NCBI GenBank assembly: GCA_965240325.2
Contig: OZ251243.1
Location: 1,302,001 to 1,366,000 of the forward strand
From: Rebecca billardiae RCC1528
Lineage: Eukaryota; Protista; Haptophyta
Reading direction: 5' to 3'
DNA: 64,000 nt
The notes below the pieces were generated by a model, which saw only the letters and a list, made by a program, of their open reading frames with translations, searched no databases and was not told the DNA's origin. Both the position numbers and the translations under genes were made by a program. This document shows, one piece after another, positions 12,021-23,905 of the stretch. The first letter of the stretch is position 1, and each line of letters opens with the position of its first letter.

Positions 12021-12399
12021 GCGTGTCCGCGCGCCCACTGACGGTCGGGCATCACATCGTCGGTGACATGGCCAGCGCGCGGCGCGGTCGGCAGGGGCAG
12101 CGCCTAAGACTAGCAGCCACTACGGTACTCGATGAGCTAGTATACTGATCTACGTCAGGTGGATATGACGGCCGGGCTCATCTGGACTGAGTGAGTCGTG
12201 GCCGGCCCAACTCACGCGGAGGCCTCTTTGGGAGCAGCATTGGGGTCATCGAAATTCGAAGGGGCGCCAGGCCCAGGGAATCAGGGATGGACTTCAGGGG
12301 GTCCCTGGAGTTCCGCCGCAGCGCGCTTTCTGCGCTGCGGAGTGCGGGCCCGTCTCCGCGCGTGGCTACAGTTTATTTGTTTTAACGTGCGTAAGAAGA

Positions 12400-13800
12400 T
12401 GATGAAGACGCGTGCGCGGACTCAGGAAGGGCGGACTGGCCGAGGCAAGGCGCGGTTGCGCTGGCGAGGGTAGGTCCCAGAGCAACCGTCCGAGCCGTTG
12501 CACACGCTTTTCCTCCGCGCGCGCGTCTCCGCCGACCTGTGGCGTCTCCACAGACCGGCGAGTGCTTCGGTGCCATGCTTGTGGTACGTCGGCCTGAAGT
12601 ACTGCATGACGTCGTGCAGCTTGGGCTCCTCCGCCACACGCCCCGTGTGTGGAAGCGAGGGCATGTCATCACGCGGCACGAACTTGTCGCGCATGCACTG
12701 CGCGTAGTAGCCGACGCTCAGATGGCCGTGCGCGTCGACGCCGCTGTCGCACATGTGCTCGTACGGCAGCGCGTTCACCTTGAAGTCCGCCGCGCGCAGC
12801 GCGGGGACGAAGCGCAGCAGCTCGTCAGGCGCGTGGTGGTGTGCGCAGAGGTCGACGACGCTGCCGTGCCCGCCTGGCCCGTGGAGCCGACGTGAGCGGC
12901 GGGGTCGTAGCGCATGCGCCGGGGCAGCTCACCGGTGGCGCCGACGCGGCGGGCCTCCTCCAGATCGAGATCTTCGATGTCGCCGAACGGGCGCAGGAAC
13001 GCAGGGCGCCACGCATGTGCAGCCGGCTCGAGGGCAGCAAGCTCAGGCTGCAGGCGGCGCTCCTCCACGCTGCACAGCACCGAGCACACGAACAGCAGGT
13101 CGGCGGCGCGCGCCGGATGCGCGTTGACGATGGCGATGGCCTCGAGACGCAACTCTTGGCCGCCCTGCGAGTAGCGTGGGACGACGAGCGACTGTCCGAG
13201 CTCGTAGTTGCCCGTCCGCGGCGCTCGAACATGAGCATGAGCGTCGTCACATTCATGGCGTTGACCTTGACCTTGCCGCGGCGATCGGCGAAGGTGAGGT
13301 TGAGCTTGCCGAAGCCGTACGTGTTCAAACTCGCGCGCGTGAGCACGAACGCGTCCCACCAGCGCGCGGCTTTTTTCCGGAGTGAGCTCGACGCCGCCCG
13401 TGAATGTTGAGGTAATAATGCTACTCCTCATGGTCCTTCCACGTGTAGGCCACCTGGTCGCCGAACATGGCGTCGTCAGCGGCGTGTGCGTCGGACATGG
13501 CCTCGGGGCGCACGGTGCGCGAGATGCTCCCGTCGTGCTCGCCGCACGCCGCGGCGAAAGCCTTGACCGCCTGGCGCGCGTCCTCGGCGTTTCTGCCCGC
13601 TTCTGCTCGCTGCGCCCGGGAGAGAGCAACTCAGCAAGTAGAATGCTCACGTGCCATCGGTGACGAGGGTCTACGCGTACGTCGGTGACGAACGTCTGCG
13701 CGTAGTGCTGGATGGAATCAATCACGTCGCGGCACGCTTCGTTGCGCTGCGTGTCGGTGAGCTCCGCTGAATGTTCGTCGCGCGCCGCCATTACGCGCTC
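12400..13800 (-). pseudogene. Decayed, frameshifted coding remnant, possibly a DDE transposase (Sola-like SDGC motif)
   Basis: Protein-like peptides split over several minus-strand frames with internal stops. Includes AADFKV..DAHGHLSV and GSDGCSGTYPRQRN, reminiscent of the SDGCxxQY/FK motif. Confidence 0.35.
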
Positions 13801-13980
13801 ACTGCTTCCCTCGCGCCAAGAATGGCGGTGACCAAGTCTCGCTTGGAAGCGGGTAAGAAGATGCCATTTCGCGCTCCAGCAAGTACACGGAACCCCCTTG
13901 CTCACACAACCTAATTGACAAGTTAGGGCTACATGTTACCCAAGGAGGTAGCGATTGACGGCCCTTGATTATTGTGGGGT

Positions 13981-14027
13981 ATTTTTACAGAATCTCCGAC
14001 CACTCGGAGATTTTTACAGAATCTCCG
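13981..14027. repeat. 18-bp direct repeat atttttacagaatctccg x2, second copy within hairpin ggagatt-N7-aatctcc
   Basis: Copies at 13981-13998 and 14010-14027. Confidence 0.85.
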
Positions 14028-14208
14028 CATCTAGTCTTATGGAGCGAGATTCGCCATCTCCCGCGTGGATGAATTGTGGAAAGCTTTAATTGGCGCCTTG
14101 GCGGAGTACACTATTATAGTCTGATTCTCACCACGTGGATTGCGGATGAGGTAGTCCAATCTGGTTTGTGTGTGAGACATTCTCAACGAGACGACCTCGA
14201 CCCGTCCG

Positions 14209-15186
14209 ATGAGCCTCACGCTCCACCTCATCGAGCAGCAGGCGCGGCACGCTCACGCCGCGCTCCAGGCCGCCGCATACTTCCACGCTACCCTCGCCCT
14301 CGGCCAGGTCCCGCGCGGCGGCCTCCTGGGCGCGCCTTCCTCCGCACCGCCGCAGCTGGCGCTCTTCTTTGCGCCCGCCACGGCGGGCACCTTCTCCACC
14401 CAGCCCCCGACGCCCGCGCCCTCGCCGCTGGCCGCGCGCTTCCGGGCGCCGGAGCCAATCGACGTGCCCGTCCCCGAGCCCGTGCCCCTCGCCGTCGGCC
14501 AGCTCGCGCCGGTCGAGTTTGAGCAGTTCGAGGGCATATCTGACGCGCGCTGGGACGAGCCGGTGGACTGCCCTGTCTGCGCGAAGACGTGCCCGACCAA
14601 GTACCAGACGAAGAAGCACTACATGCGCAAGCACTACACGGGCATCAAGCGCCACCGCTGCACTCGCTGCGGCGACAAGGCGTACGCCATGCGCGAGGAC
14701 CTCACCACGCACCTCAAGTCGTGCGGCGTCTCGTACCCGTGCGAGACGTGCGGCGCCAAGCTCGGCTCGCGCGAGACGCTCGCGCGCCACTGCCGCCGCG
14801 CGTCGCACGCGACGCCGCCGAAGCGGGCGCGCGCATCGTCGGCCTCCTTCACGAGCGCACCTCCGGGCACCGCCTCCTCCATCGTCGAGGTGCCGGACGC
14901 CGGTCCTCTCGCACACACCGGCCTCTGCGCGGACGCGTCCGTGGACGGGGCCCTCCTCTGCGACGGCCCGCCCCTCTTCAGTGAGCTCGCGCCGGCGCAC
15001 ACCGCGCGCACAGCCGAGGCGCACGGTGCCCCTCCGCCGATGGAGAGCGACGACGATGACGACGACGGCGGCTTCTTCGCCGCGCTCGAGCAGTCGATCT
15101 TCTGCGTCGGCGATGCCGCTGCAGGGTCGGGCCCGGCGCCGTCGGAGGCGCGCCTCGGGCTCGGGCTCGGGCTCGGCCGCGCGTGA
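14209..15186 (+). CDS. C2H2/C2HC zinc-finger transcription factor (STOP1/WIP/ATMIN-like finger array)
   Basis: CPVC..KKHYMRKH..CTRCGDKAYAMREDLTTHLKSCG..CETCGAKLGSRETLARHCRRASH, followed by an acidic tail. Confidence 0.85.
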   Translation: MSLTLHLIEQQARHAHAALQAAAYFHATLALGQVPRGGLLGAPSSAPPQLALFFAPATAGTFSTQPPTPAPSPLAARFRAPEPIDVPVPEPVPLAVGQLAPVEFEQFEGISDARWDEPVDCPVCAKTCPTKYQTKKHYMRKHYTGIKRHRCTRCGDKAYAMREDLTTHLKSCGVSYPCETCGAKLGSRETLARHCRRASHATPPKRARASSASFTSAPPGTASSIVEVPDAGPLAHTGLCADASVDGALLCDGPPLFSELAPAHTARTAEAHGAPPPMESDDDDDDGGFFAALEQSIFCVGDAAAGSGPAPSEARLGLGLGLGRA

Positions 15187-15916
15187 GTCTCGCGACCGCG
15201 CGAGCGCAGCGGCGCGTGTGACAAGACTCCAAGAACTCACGTCGGCCTGATCCCAACGGTCTTGCACTCGGGAAGAGATTGAGAAGTGGACGCGATGTAC
15301 CGCGTACGAAATACATTCATCTATCAGTATGAGCAGCAGGTGGCGGCGCGGCGGCGCCCGTCCGGCCCCGGCGCGGCCCAGTAGATAAATAATCGCCGCG
15401 ACGCCGGCGTGGCCCAGGCCCCGCCGCCGAGTCGTCATCGGAGTGACAGTGAGGTGGCTTTGAAATTGGTTATTTGCGCGAGGAGTACTTATAGCTTATT
15501 ATAATATATAAATAAAGATATATATATATATAATGAAAAATAAATATCTGCATGAAATAAAATGACCCGGCCTGCCGAGGCGCCGCTGCCGCGTGCTGAA
15601 TGCGCGCTGATGACGATTCTATATATAGACGATTCGACGTATAGCTATTGATGCGCACGATGATCGAGCACGGTGACGCGGAGCAGCAGCAGCGGTGCGC
15701 TCATCCCGCCCCAGCCGGGTGGGAAGCACCTGCCAGAGTGCCAGGACAGGCCACGGGGCCCCGCCGACGAACGGCGTGCGGCGACTGCCAGCGGCCACCA
15801 TCCGCGCCGCCGGGGTCCAATGGGTCGCGACGCACCGCGCGCCGCGCCCGTCCAGCCGCGCCCCGAGCCTCGCTCACCGCCGGCGCGCGCTCGTGCGAGG
15901 CCGCTCGAGGCGGCCG

Positions 15917-16861
15917 TCACTCGCGCGGCGGCGTGGGCTCGGCGTCTGCGGCGGCGTCGGCCTCGCCCTCCGGCGGCGGCGAGAGCATGCCGTAGTACTC
16001 GGGGTGCTCGTCCGTGCACCCCTTGAGCGCCAGCGTCTGCGCGCCGCACGCGGCGATGAAGTCGGTCCCCTCCGCGCGGCTCGCGTCCACGCACGCCTCC
16101 CACGCGAGGAACTGGCCCTTGCACGGCCCGCCCTTCATGAAGGCGCAGAAGGCGCACTCGCGCGACGCGCACGCGCCGTCGCGCCAGTCCTCCGGCGGGC
16201 ACGCCATCGCGCGCACGCTCGCCAGCGCGTCCGCCGTGCCCTCCCCCGACGCGCGCACGAGCACGGTCACGCCCCGGCCGGCCGCGGGGCACACGCCCTC
16301 CCACTCGCGCCACGCGCCGCGCACGCGCACGCGCAGCGGCAGGCCGTCGGCGTCGCGCAGCACGTCGATGCGCCGCGCGGCCTCGAGCGCGCGCCACAGC
16401 GCCTCCGACGCCGCGTCCGCCGCCTCCGCGTCCGCCTCCGCCGACGCGAGCGTGAGGAGCGGTAGGCGCGACGGCGGCGCCGGGTGGCCCGAGGGCAGCG
16501 CGACGAGCGCGGTGCGCGTGGCGCCCGACTCGGCGTACGCGAGCACGCGCAGCTCGCCCTCCACCGCGGCATCCGCCTCGACCGCCGGCCCGGAGACCCG
16601 CTCGCCCAGCGCCGCGCCGCCCTCGCGAAGCGGCGCGGCGCGCGAGCCGGCACCGCCGCGCGCGCGCGGCAGCGCCGCCGCGAGGTCGGCGCGTGACGAG
16701 CCCGGGAGGAAGAGGGCGACGCGCGCGGGCGGCGGTGCAGGGGCGGCGTCGTCTGCGAGCTCGGCCGGCGGCGGCTCGGCCAGGCTCGCGCGGCGGCCGA
16801 GCCACGCCGCGCCCGCCGCGGCCGCGCCGAGGCGGAGGGAGATGAGACGCGCCGCGCGCAT
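15917..16861 (-). CDS. GCK-domain (Mia40/CHCH-like) protein, probably mitochondrial
   Basis: ECAFCAFMKGGPCKGQFLAWEACVD..DFIAAC..LKGCTDEHPEYYG. Arg-rich N-terminus MRAARLISLRLG. Confidence 0.85.
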   Translation of the reverse strand: MRAARLISLRLGAAAAGAAWLGRRASLAEPPPAELADDAAPAPPPARVALFLPGSSRADLAAALPRARGGAGSRAAPLREGGAALGERVSGPAVEADAAVEGELRVLAYAESGATRTALVALPSGHPAPPSRLPLLTLASAEADAEAADAASEALWRALEAARRIDVLRDADGLPLRVRVRGAWREWEGVCPAAGRGVTVLVRASGEGTADALASVRAMACPPEDWRDGACASRECAFCAFMKGGPCKGQFLAWEACVDASRAEGTDFIAACGAQTLALKGCTDEHPEYYGMLSPPPEGEADAAADAEPTPPRE

Positions 16862-17286
16862 CGTGCGGGGCGGGCTCCACGTGGGACCGTGCCTGCTCCG
16901 CTGCGGCCTTTGCTCGGGGCCGCGCCGCGCGGGCGGGCCGACATTTCGCAGGCCGTGAGTTTCGATTTGTTTCGCGTCCGGCCGTGTTTTTATATTGGGT
17001 GATTGACTGTTTGCGCACCCACCGGGAGGGCTGAGAGGCGGACCAGGGCTACCTTGTCTGAGACTGAGTGACTTGTCGCCGTCCGCACTGCGTCGCGGCA
17101 ATCTGACCTAAATTCTGATACTATTCCGATATGCAAGTCTGCTAGGCTACTACGTCTCAGCTAGCAGCAGTGCAGGGTGGGTAACAGTATACACCGCCCG
17201 CGCTGGGCGGCGCTGCAGAATGCGCACACGATGGCGTCCAGCCAGCCGGCAGTGCGCGTCCGTGCCGACTTGCTGTCTTGCGAGGC

Positions 17287-18478
17287 TCAGCCGCCGACGG
17301 TCCTAGGCGCCGCGGCACCGTCGCCGCACTCGCACTGGGCACACGTGCGCATGCACGCCATGCACAGCGTGGAGACGGCCTCGTCGGCGGCGCTCCCCTC
17401 CGACTCCGCGTCCTCCTCGTCCGACTCCGCCGAGTGCGCGAACAGCGCCGGCCGATCGTCGTCGAACCAGAGCCGGCCGCCGGCCGGCAGCGCGATCTCG
17501 CACGCGCGCGCGCGCAGCTCGGCGCCGCCGCCGTAGCCGGAGACGAAGGCGACGCGGCAGCGCGAGACGCGGCAGCGCGAGAGGCGCACGCGCGCGGCGT
17601 CGGCGACGAAGAGCCCCGCCTCCGAGCAGTGCCGCACCTCGCACGCGACTGCGCACAGCGTGCCCCTGTCCTTGACGAAGAGGCCGTAGCACGCGTGCTT
17701 GGCCAGCCCGCGCTGCTGCACCGAGCCGTACGCGCTGTGCACCGCGGCCACGCCGACGTGGCCCTCGCCGCCGAGGGCGCAGCCGACGAGGGAGGCGTGC
17801 GCGTGCACCTCGACGCGCAGCGCGCACGCGTGCCCGCACACCAGCGTGCACCGCTCGAACGCCCAGCGCGCGTCGCCGCCCAGCTTGGCGCAGCAGTCGC
17901 CCGCGTCCTGCAGCGTCAGCCCCACCAGCGTGCCGCGCGAGCCGGCCTCGAAGAGCAGCATGCCCTTGAGGCACGCGCCGGGCTCTGCGGGCGCGGGCGG
18001 CGGGGCGCGCGGCGGGGACGCCCGCACCGCGTCGTCAGCGCGCCCGCGCGCCGCGCGACACGCGGCGGCCGGCAGGGCGGGCGGCGCGCGCGGCGCGCGC
18101 ACCGCCCTCGATCGTGATGCCGGCGTGGCGCACGCGCAGGATGGTGGCGCCGGACTGCCCGCCGATCGCGCCGGTCTCGCCGGGCCGCGCGCCGACGATG
18201 TACTCCCCCTTGCGGATCACGATGCGCTGCCCGGGCTGCCGCGCCACCTCGAGCGCCTCGCGCACCGTGTCGGCGTCGTCCGGCACGACCACCGGCACAA
18301 ACGACATCACGTGCGCGACGACGTCGGCGAGGGTGCCGCCGAGGCGCTGGACGGGCGAGAGCGCGCCGAGGCGCGGGTGCGCGCCCATCGCGAGTGCCAG
18401 GGCCGAGGCCCGCCGACGCGCGGCCGCGCCGCCCGCGCACGGCGCCTCCTCGCGCGGAAGGCTGGGCAGCAGCATCAT
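17287..18478 (-). CDS. Right-handed beta-helix (pectin-lyase-like) protein with degenerate F-box-like LAMGAHPRLG motif, 2 exons
   Basis: Intron 18102..17985 (gtgcgc..ccgcag). VVVPDDADTVREAL..IVIRKGEY..ITIEG/EPGACLKG, then beta-helix repeats (CEVRHCSEAGLFV). Confidence 0.7.
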
Positions 18479-20467
18479 CGACTTCCCGCGCCCGGGCGGA
18501 CCGGGCCGGACCGCGTTTGCCGCCGCCGCCCCGGCCGGACAGTTCTTTGGCACGCGCCACGCGGCGATGGCGGCAGGCACGAGACTGCGCGGTACGCGCG
18601 CACGCTCGCGCGGGCGACGGGGGCGGCGGGCGCGCGCACTGGGCACGGGGGCGTGGATGACGACCAACAACATCTTAGGACACCTTCGGACGCGTTCAGC
18701 CACGCGGATGAGAAGGAAATGTTTTCACAGTTTGGCTGACACGCACGGGCACGCACAACGGCGCGTGGGAGCCGCGCGGCGCCGCCGGCGGCGCCGCCTC
18801 TCAATGACGAGAAGCGCGACGGGCGTTCTGTCTGCCACTGATGACTGTCGTTCATTTGTACTGAGTTGCCGAGAGAGGCGGCCCGCCGGCGCCGCGGGCG
18901 CGCGCGGCGCGCGCGCGCGCGCGCGCCTCCCCACCGCTGCCCTGTCGTGTTACTGGGCGCGGCAGGCCGCCGGCCGATTGCCCGGCCCGGCGTCAAACAC
19001 AGGGCAGATCGCGCGGGCGTTTATGTCTGGCAACCGCGCCCACCCATGGCGTGCGCTGTCTTGATCGCCTGCCACATCCGCGCACACCGCCGCCCCGCGC
19101 GGCCGCCCCGCCAGCGCGAGCCGAGCGCGCGCTCACGCGAGCGCGCCGTGCCCTCCGCGCGCGCCGCCGCGCAGGCGCACGCGCGCAGCCCGCGGGCCGA
19201 GGTGCGCGGACGCAGCACGCGGCGCGCGGCGCGCGCGCGCGCGCGGGCCGCAGGGCGCGGCGGCCGCCTCTGATGCACACTCGATATTTGCTACTCTCGA
19301 CCCCGGCAGCGGCTGGGGGCTGACGACACGCATCCACCAAGATCGCTGAGGCGGCTGCGCGGCGCGGGGGCCGGGGCGGGCGCGGGCGCGGGTGGCACGG
19401 CGGGGATGAGTTGATACGTCCTTATCTACATTGGCGGAGCGCTGCGCTGAGGACACACGCATTCACACCTGAGGCTCTGAGCCGGCCACCCGCGAACGCG
19501 CGCGCACGGGGGAGGGCACGGGGGAGGGCGGGCCGCGCGCACACCGCCCGCCCGCCCCTCCTCGCGCACGCCCCGTGGCGGATGTCACACATTAACTTTC
19601 GTTCTTCTGCCGGCTGGCTGAGACGCTTCACACCGTGCTGACACGGGGGCGGGGAGGGGCGCGCGCGCGCGCGCGCGGGCGAGCGCCGTCGCGCCGCGCC
19701 TCGCAGCTCACGCGCGACCGCGCCCATGCCCCCGCCCCCACCGCCGTGCGGCGCGCCCGTCGCCCCTGCACTGTCGCGCAGTCTGAGGGACTCCACTCAA
19801 CCGTCAGTCTGGCGAGGAGATGCCGACAGCACGTGGCGCACGGGTCAGCCACGACGGTGCTTGGCTGCGTCCTGCAGACGACCCGAGGCTCGGGTGCGCC
19901 GGCAGGACTCACGTCATCGTCGCCGCCGCTCTCCCCCTACGGACCGCTCGGCACGACCGCGTCGCGCGGCCCGCCGCCCCGCCGGACGCGGGTGAGACGG
20001 ACGCCTCGCCTCGGACCCTGAGTCTGACAAGTCCTCGGATTTGAACACTCAACAATGGTCGTCGGAACACACAACGCGACCAGATCCGATCTACTGTAGG
20101 TGCTGATGACGAGTGGTCGTAGGATGATTGAGAGGGATGATGCTGTGACGCTGGACACACGGCACACAGGCGGCGACTTAGCCGGGCCAGCAATTTGAGT
20201 AATTGCGCGCACGCCGCACGGCGGTTTGTGTTGTCAAGCGGATGAGCACCCGGTTCGGTTCGCCTGATGATGAAAAACTCGGGTCGTGGAAGGAAACTGG
20301 AAGGAATCTTCAAGTCAATCAAGCGTGCGTTGAACGACGTGGTTTGACGAGCGTCTACCACTCTACCCGGTCGTACTGTATGATACCGCGCCAGCAGTGA
20401 CGAACAGCACACACGAGCAAGCCCGTTCGTCACCCCTCCCCTCTCGCGGCCAGCGCGCCCCCGGGCG

Positions 20468-23400
20468 ATGGTCGCGCCCGAGAGGCCTACGCGTCGCGAG
20501 AGTCGGCACCTGTCCGTCTCCGCGGGTGGCGAGACGAGCCTCGCCGTGCCCACTCCCGCCGACGCGCCGTACGAGCCGGGCTCCGGCGCAGAGACCGGCC
20601 CCACGAAGGCGCCTCACGACGAGCAGCAGCGCGACCGCCGCGGCTCGCGCGGCCGCGGCCGAAGCCCCGTGCGCGAGAGCGACGACCGCCGCGGCTCACG
20701 CAGCGCCAGCCACAGCCCTGTGGCCGAGCGCGACGACCGCCGCGGCTCGCGCCGCGCCAGCCACAGCCCTGTGGCCGAGCGCGACGACCGCCGCGGCTCG
20801 CGCCGCGCCAGCCACAGCCCTGTGGCCGAGCGCGACGACCGCCGAGGCTCGCGCCGCGCCAGCCACAGCCCTGTGGCCGAGCGCGACGACCGCCGATGCT
20901 CGCGCCGCGCCAGCCACAGCCCTGTGGGTGAGCGCGATCGGCGCAGCTCTCGCGGCCCCACGGGCGCGAGCGAGGGCGCCGAGGCGCAGCACGCGTCGCG
21001 CCGCTCGAGCGTGCAGCGCCGCCGTGCGCTCCGCCGCACCAAGCCGCTGAGCGCCACGGACAAGGAGCGCGCGGGCGCGCAGCTCCGGCTCGCGGACCGC
21101 GAGGCGCGCGACGCGCTCGCGCGCACGCTCGAGCGCACGAACAAGCTGGGCGAGGGCGCCGCGCTCGCGCTCACGGACAACGACTTTGCGCGCGCGGCGG
21201 ACGAGCGCTTCCACTTTGAGGCCGCGCACGACGCCGACCCGGACGCGGCGGCGGGCGGCGGGTGCGCGTACGCGCTGCTCGGGAGCGAGGAGGAGTCGCG
21301 CGCGCAGCTCGCGCAGCGGCGCGCGCTGATGCACTCGCCCGCCGTGGTGCACGCGCTGCGCGCCTTCTGGGAGGCGACCGGGCTGGCCGACGACGCGCTG
21401 ATGCGGCGCGAGCAGTACCTGCTCGTGTACGAGCGCGCGGCGCTCGCGCTCGGCGCGGCGGACGGCGCGGAGGACAAGGTGGGCCGCGCGCGCGAGCTCG
21501 CGCTGACCGACTGGGCGTCGGACCTCGAGCTGCTCGGCCGCTCGGTCGGGATCGCGGGCGACGGCTCGGGCGTGGACGAGTGGATGAGCCTCGCCGACTT
21601 CTGCCTCGGCCTCTTCGAGCTGGCGGACGTGTGGGTCGAGGGCGCGGCGGAGGAGGACTACGTGGTCTTCCTCGCGCGCCTCTTCCGGCGCATCACGCGC
21701 GTCACGCACGCCGAGGGCTGGGTCCAAGACGCGGCGGCGGCGGCGGCGGCGGCGAGCGCAGCCGACGGGGCGGCCGGCACGCGGCAGGGTGGCGCAAAGG
21801 GCGGCGTCGCCGACGAGGGCGCGGGCAGCGGGGAGGGCGGCGACGACACTGGCAATGACGCCGACGACAAGGACGACGCCGACGACGATGACGACGACGG
21901 GCCGCACAGCGGCCGGCCGTCGCTCAAGCTGGCGGAGCGGCTGCGCACCGCAGGGCGGCAGCTGCGCCCGCTCGACCTCGTGCGCTCCGACGCGCAGCTG
22001 CGCGCCGAGCAGGCGGCCTCCGCCGCCGCAGACACCGAGGCCGACGCCGCGGGCGGGCTCGAGGCGCCCGACCCGGCGCGCGCGCTGCGCCTCTCGCTCA
22101 AGTGTGCGCGCTCGCTCCTCGGCCTCGGCCAGTTCAGCGACGTGGCCGACGACGCAGCGCCAGCAGCCGACGCGCCGCCCGTGGCATTGGCCGTGCCCGA
22201 CGCGCCCACGCCGCTCGCGTCGACCCAGCTGGTGGCCGCGCTCGAGCAGGCGCGGCGGGCGGGGCTGGGCTCGGGTGCGCTGTTCGCGGACGGCGTCGAC
22301 CTGCTGGTGGACGCGCTCGCGGCCGAGGGCACCGCCGAGCTGGTGGCGGAGGTGGCGGCGCGCGCGGAGGCGGGCGAGGAGGACGACGAGGCGTCGCTGG
22401 GCGCGCTCGAGGCCGCGCTGGCGCTGCTCGCCTCGCTCGGGCTGCGCGCGCCGCCCTCGCAGCTCAGGGCGGTCGAGCAGCATCGGAAGCGGCACCGCGC
22501 GCGGCGGCGCGCGGCTGCGAATGCTGCGGCGCGCGCCGCGCGGCGGCACGGCGCCAGCGTGCTGCGCGCCGCGGGCGTCGCGACGACCGCGTTCCGCCGT
22601 CGCAGCACGCGCGGAGCGGGCGCGGACGAGCTGGGCGGCGCGGACGCACCGTCGGACGCGCCGAGCCAGAGCCCGCCGCCGCCGACGCCGCCGACGCCGC
22701 CGGACGCGCGGGGCCAGCGCGCGCTCGCGCGCACGCGGAGCGAGGAGGGGCGAGAGCCGCCGCCGCCGCCCTCGCCCGTGCGCGGCGGCTCGGGCGCGAT
22801 CGGCGCGCGCGCGCCGCCGCCCGCCCTCCTGCTCACGGAGGCGTCCACCGCCCGCTTCGACCTCCGAGCAGTCGCGTCGCTGCCGCTAGCGGCGGCGGCT
22901 TTGGCCGCGGGCACGCCGCCCAAGGGCGCGTCGCCCGTCGGCAGGGGCCCGCAGCACTGGAGCCGGCCGGCGCTGCCGACGAGCGCGCAGCTGCTCGGCT
23001 CGCCGGACTTGCCCAGCGTGCCCAGCCCGCCGCTCAAGCGGCCCGGCAGCGCCACCGCCAGCACCGAGCGCTGGCCCTCGCAGCAGCGGCCGTCGAGCGG
23101 CGGCGCGCTCGGCCGCGCGGCCGCGGTCGGCCCCGCGCTGCAGGGCCACAGCGCCGAGCGCCTCGAGCGGCGCGCGGCCGGGAGCGGCGGCGCGAGCCCG
23201 CCCGTGCCGCGCAGCGGGCTCGGCGCCGTGGCGCTCGACAGCTTGCCCAGCGCGCCGCGCCGGCCGTTCACGCCGCGCAGCCTGCACGCCTTCGCCGAGC
23301 CTCGGCCGGCGACGGTTCCGCTCAAGCGGCCGCCGTCGGCGTCCGCGCCGCAGCAGCCCGCGGACGCGCACGACTCGCCCGGCGCGCGCATCCGGCGGGG

Positions 23401-23905
23401 CGCGGGCGCCGAGCTGCCGCAGCTGCGCCGACCGTCCACCAAGCCCGCGGGCGCCGAGGCCAGGCGCTCGCCCGGCGCGAGCCCGAGCCAGCCGCGCCGC
23501 TCGCCGAGCGGCGGCGGGCCGGACGCCGAGCCGGCGTCGCCGCCGGCGCTCGCGGTGTACGAGCTGGCGGCGCGCGGCGGCGAGGCGTCGAGCGCCTCGC
23601 CGCCGCCGGCGCGCGGGTTCCGCGGCGCGAGCCACGCGCCGCTGCACGCGCAGCCCGCGCCGCACTCGCCGCCGCCCACCTCGCCCACGCGGGCCGACCG
23701 GCCGCCTCCGTCGCCCGGCCAGCAGCGGCGGCAGGGCGTCGTCGCGCACGTGATGCTCGGCGCCGAGAGTCTGGCGCCGGGGGGCGAGGCCGAGGCGGAG
23801 GATCCGCCGGCGCATGCAGGGTCCTCCGGCCTGCCCGCGCGCCCGAGGCGTCCGTTGGGCGTCCGCTCGCCCGTGCCGGTGCGCAAGCTCTCCGGCGGCG
23901 GATGA
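20468..23905 (+). CDS. Unknown protein with EF-hand-like helical core (FELADxW motif) and disordered Pro/Ser/Arg tails; tandem paralogue 1
   Basis: Coding-like frame with LRAFWEA..MRREQYLLVY..DWASD..MSLADFCLGLFELADVW..YVVFLARLFRRIT. The frame is conserved in the adjacent paralogue. Confidence 0.75.
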   Translation: MVAPERPTRRESRHLSVSAGGETSLAVPTPADAPYEPGSGAETGPTKAPHDEQQRDRRGSRGRGRSPVRESDDRRGSRSASHSPVAERDDRRGSRRASHSPVAERDDRRGSRRASHSPVAERDDRRGSRRASHSPVAERDDRRCSRRASHSPVGERDRRSSRGPTGASEGAEAQHASRRSSVQRRRALRRTKPLSATDKERAGAQLRLADREARDALARTLERTNKLGEGAALALTDNDFARAADERFHFEAAHDADPDAAAGGGCAYALLGSEEESRAQLAQRRALMHSPAVVHALRAFWEATGLADDALMRREQYLLVYERAALALGAADGAEDKVGRARELALTDWASDLELLGRSVGIAGDGSGVDEWMSLADFCLGLFELADVWVEGAAEEDYVVFLARLFRRITRVTHAEGWVQDAAAAAAAASAADGAAGTRQGGAKGGVADEGAGSGEGGDDTGNDADDKDDADDDDDDGPHSGRPSLKLAERLRTAGRQLRPLDLVRSDAQLRAEQAASAAADTEADAAGGLEAPDPARALRLSLKCARSLLGLGQFSDVADDAAPAADAPPVALAVPDAPTPLASTQLVAALEQARRAGLGSGALFADGVDLLVDALAAEGTAELVAEVAARAEAGEEDDEASLGALEAALALLASLGLRAPPSQLRAVEQHRKRHRARRRAAANAAARAARRHGASVLRAAGVATTAFRRRSTRGAGADELGGADAPSDAPSQSPPPPTPPTPPDARGQRALARTRSEEGREPPPPPSPVRGGSGAIGARAPPPALLLTEASTARFDLRAVASLPLAAAALAAGTPPKGASPVGRGPQHWSRPALPTSAQLLGSPDLPSVPSPPLKRPGSATASTERWPSQQRPSSGGALGRAAAVGPALQGHSAERLERRAAGSGGASPPVPRSGLGAVALDSLPSAPRRPFTPRSLHAFAEPRPATVPLKRPPSASAPQQPADAHDSPGARIRRGAGAELPQLRRPSTKPAGAEARRSPGASPSQPRRSPSGGGPDAEPASPPALAVYELAARGGEASSASPPPARGFRGASHAPLHAQPAPHSPPPTSPTRADRPPPSPGQQRRQGVVAHVMLGAESLAPGGEAEAEDPPAHAGSSGLPARPRRPLGVRSPVPVRKLSGGG
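20680..20940 (+). repeat. 51-bp coding tandem repeat (ERDDRRGSRRASHSPVA) x5
   Basis: Unit starts at 20680, 20731, 20782, 20833 and 20884. Confidence 0.92.
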
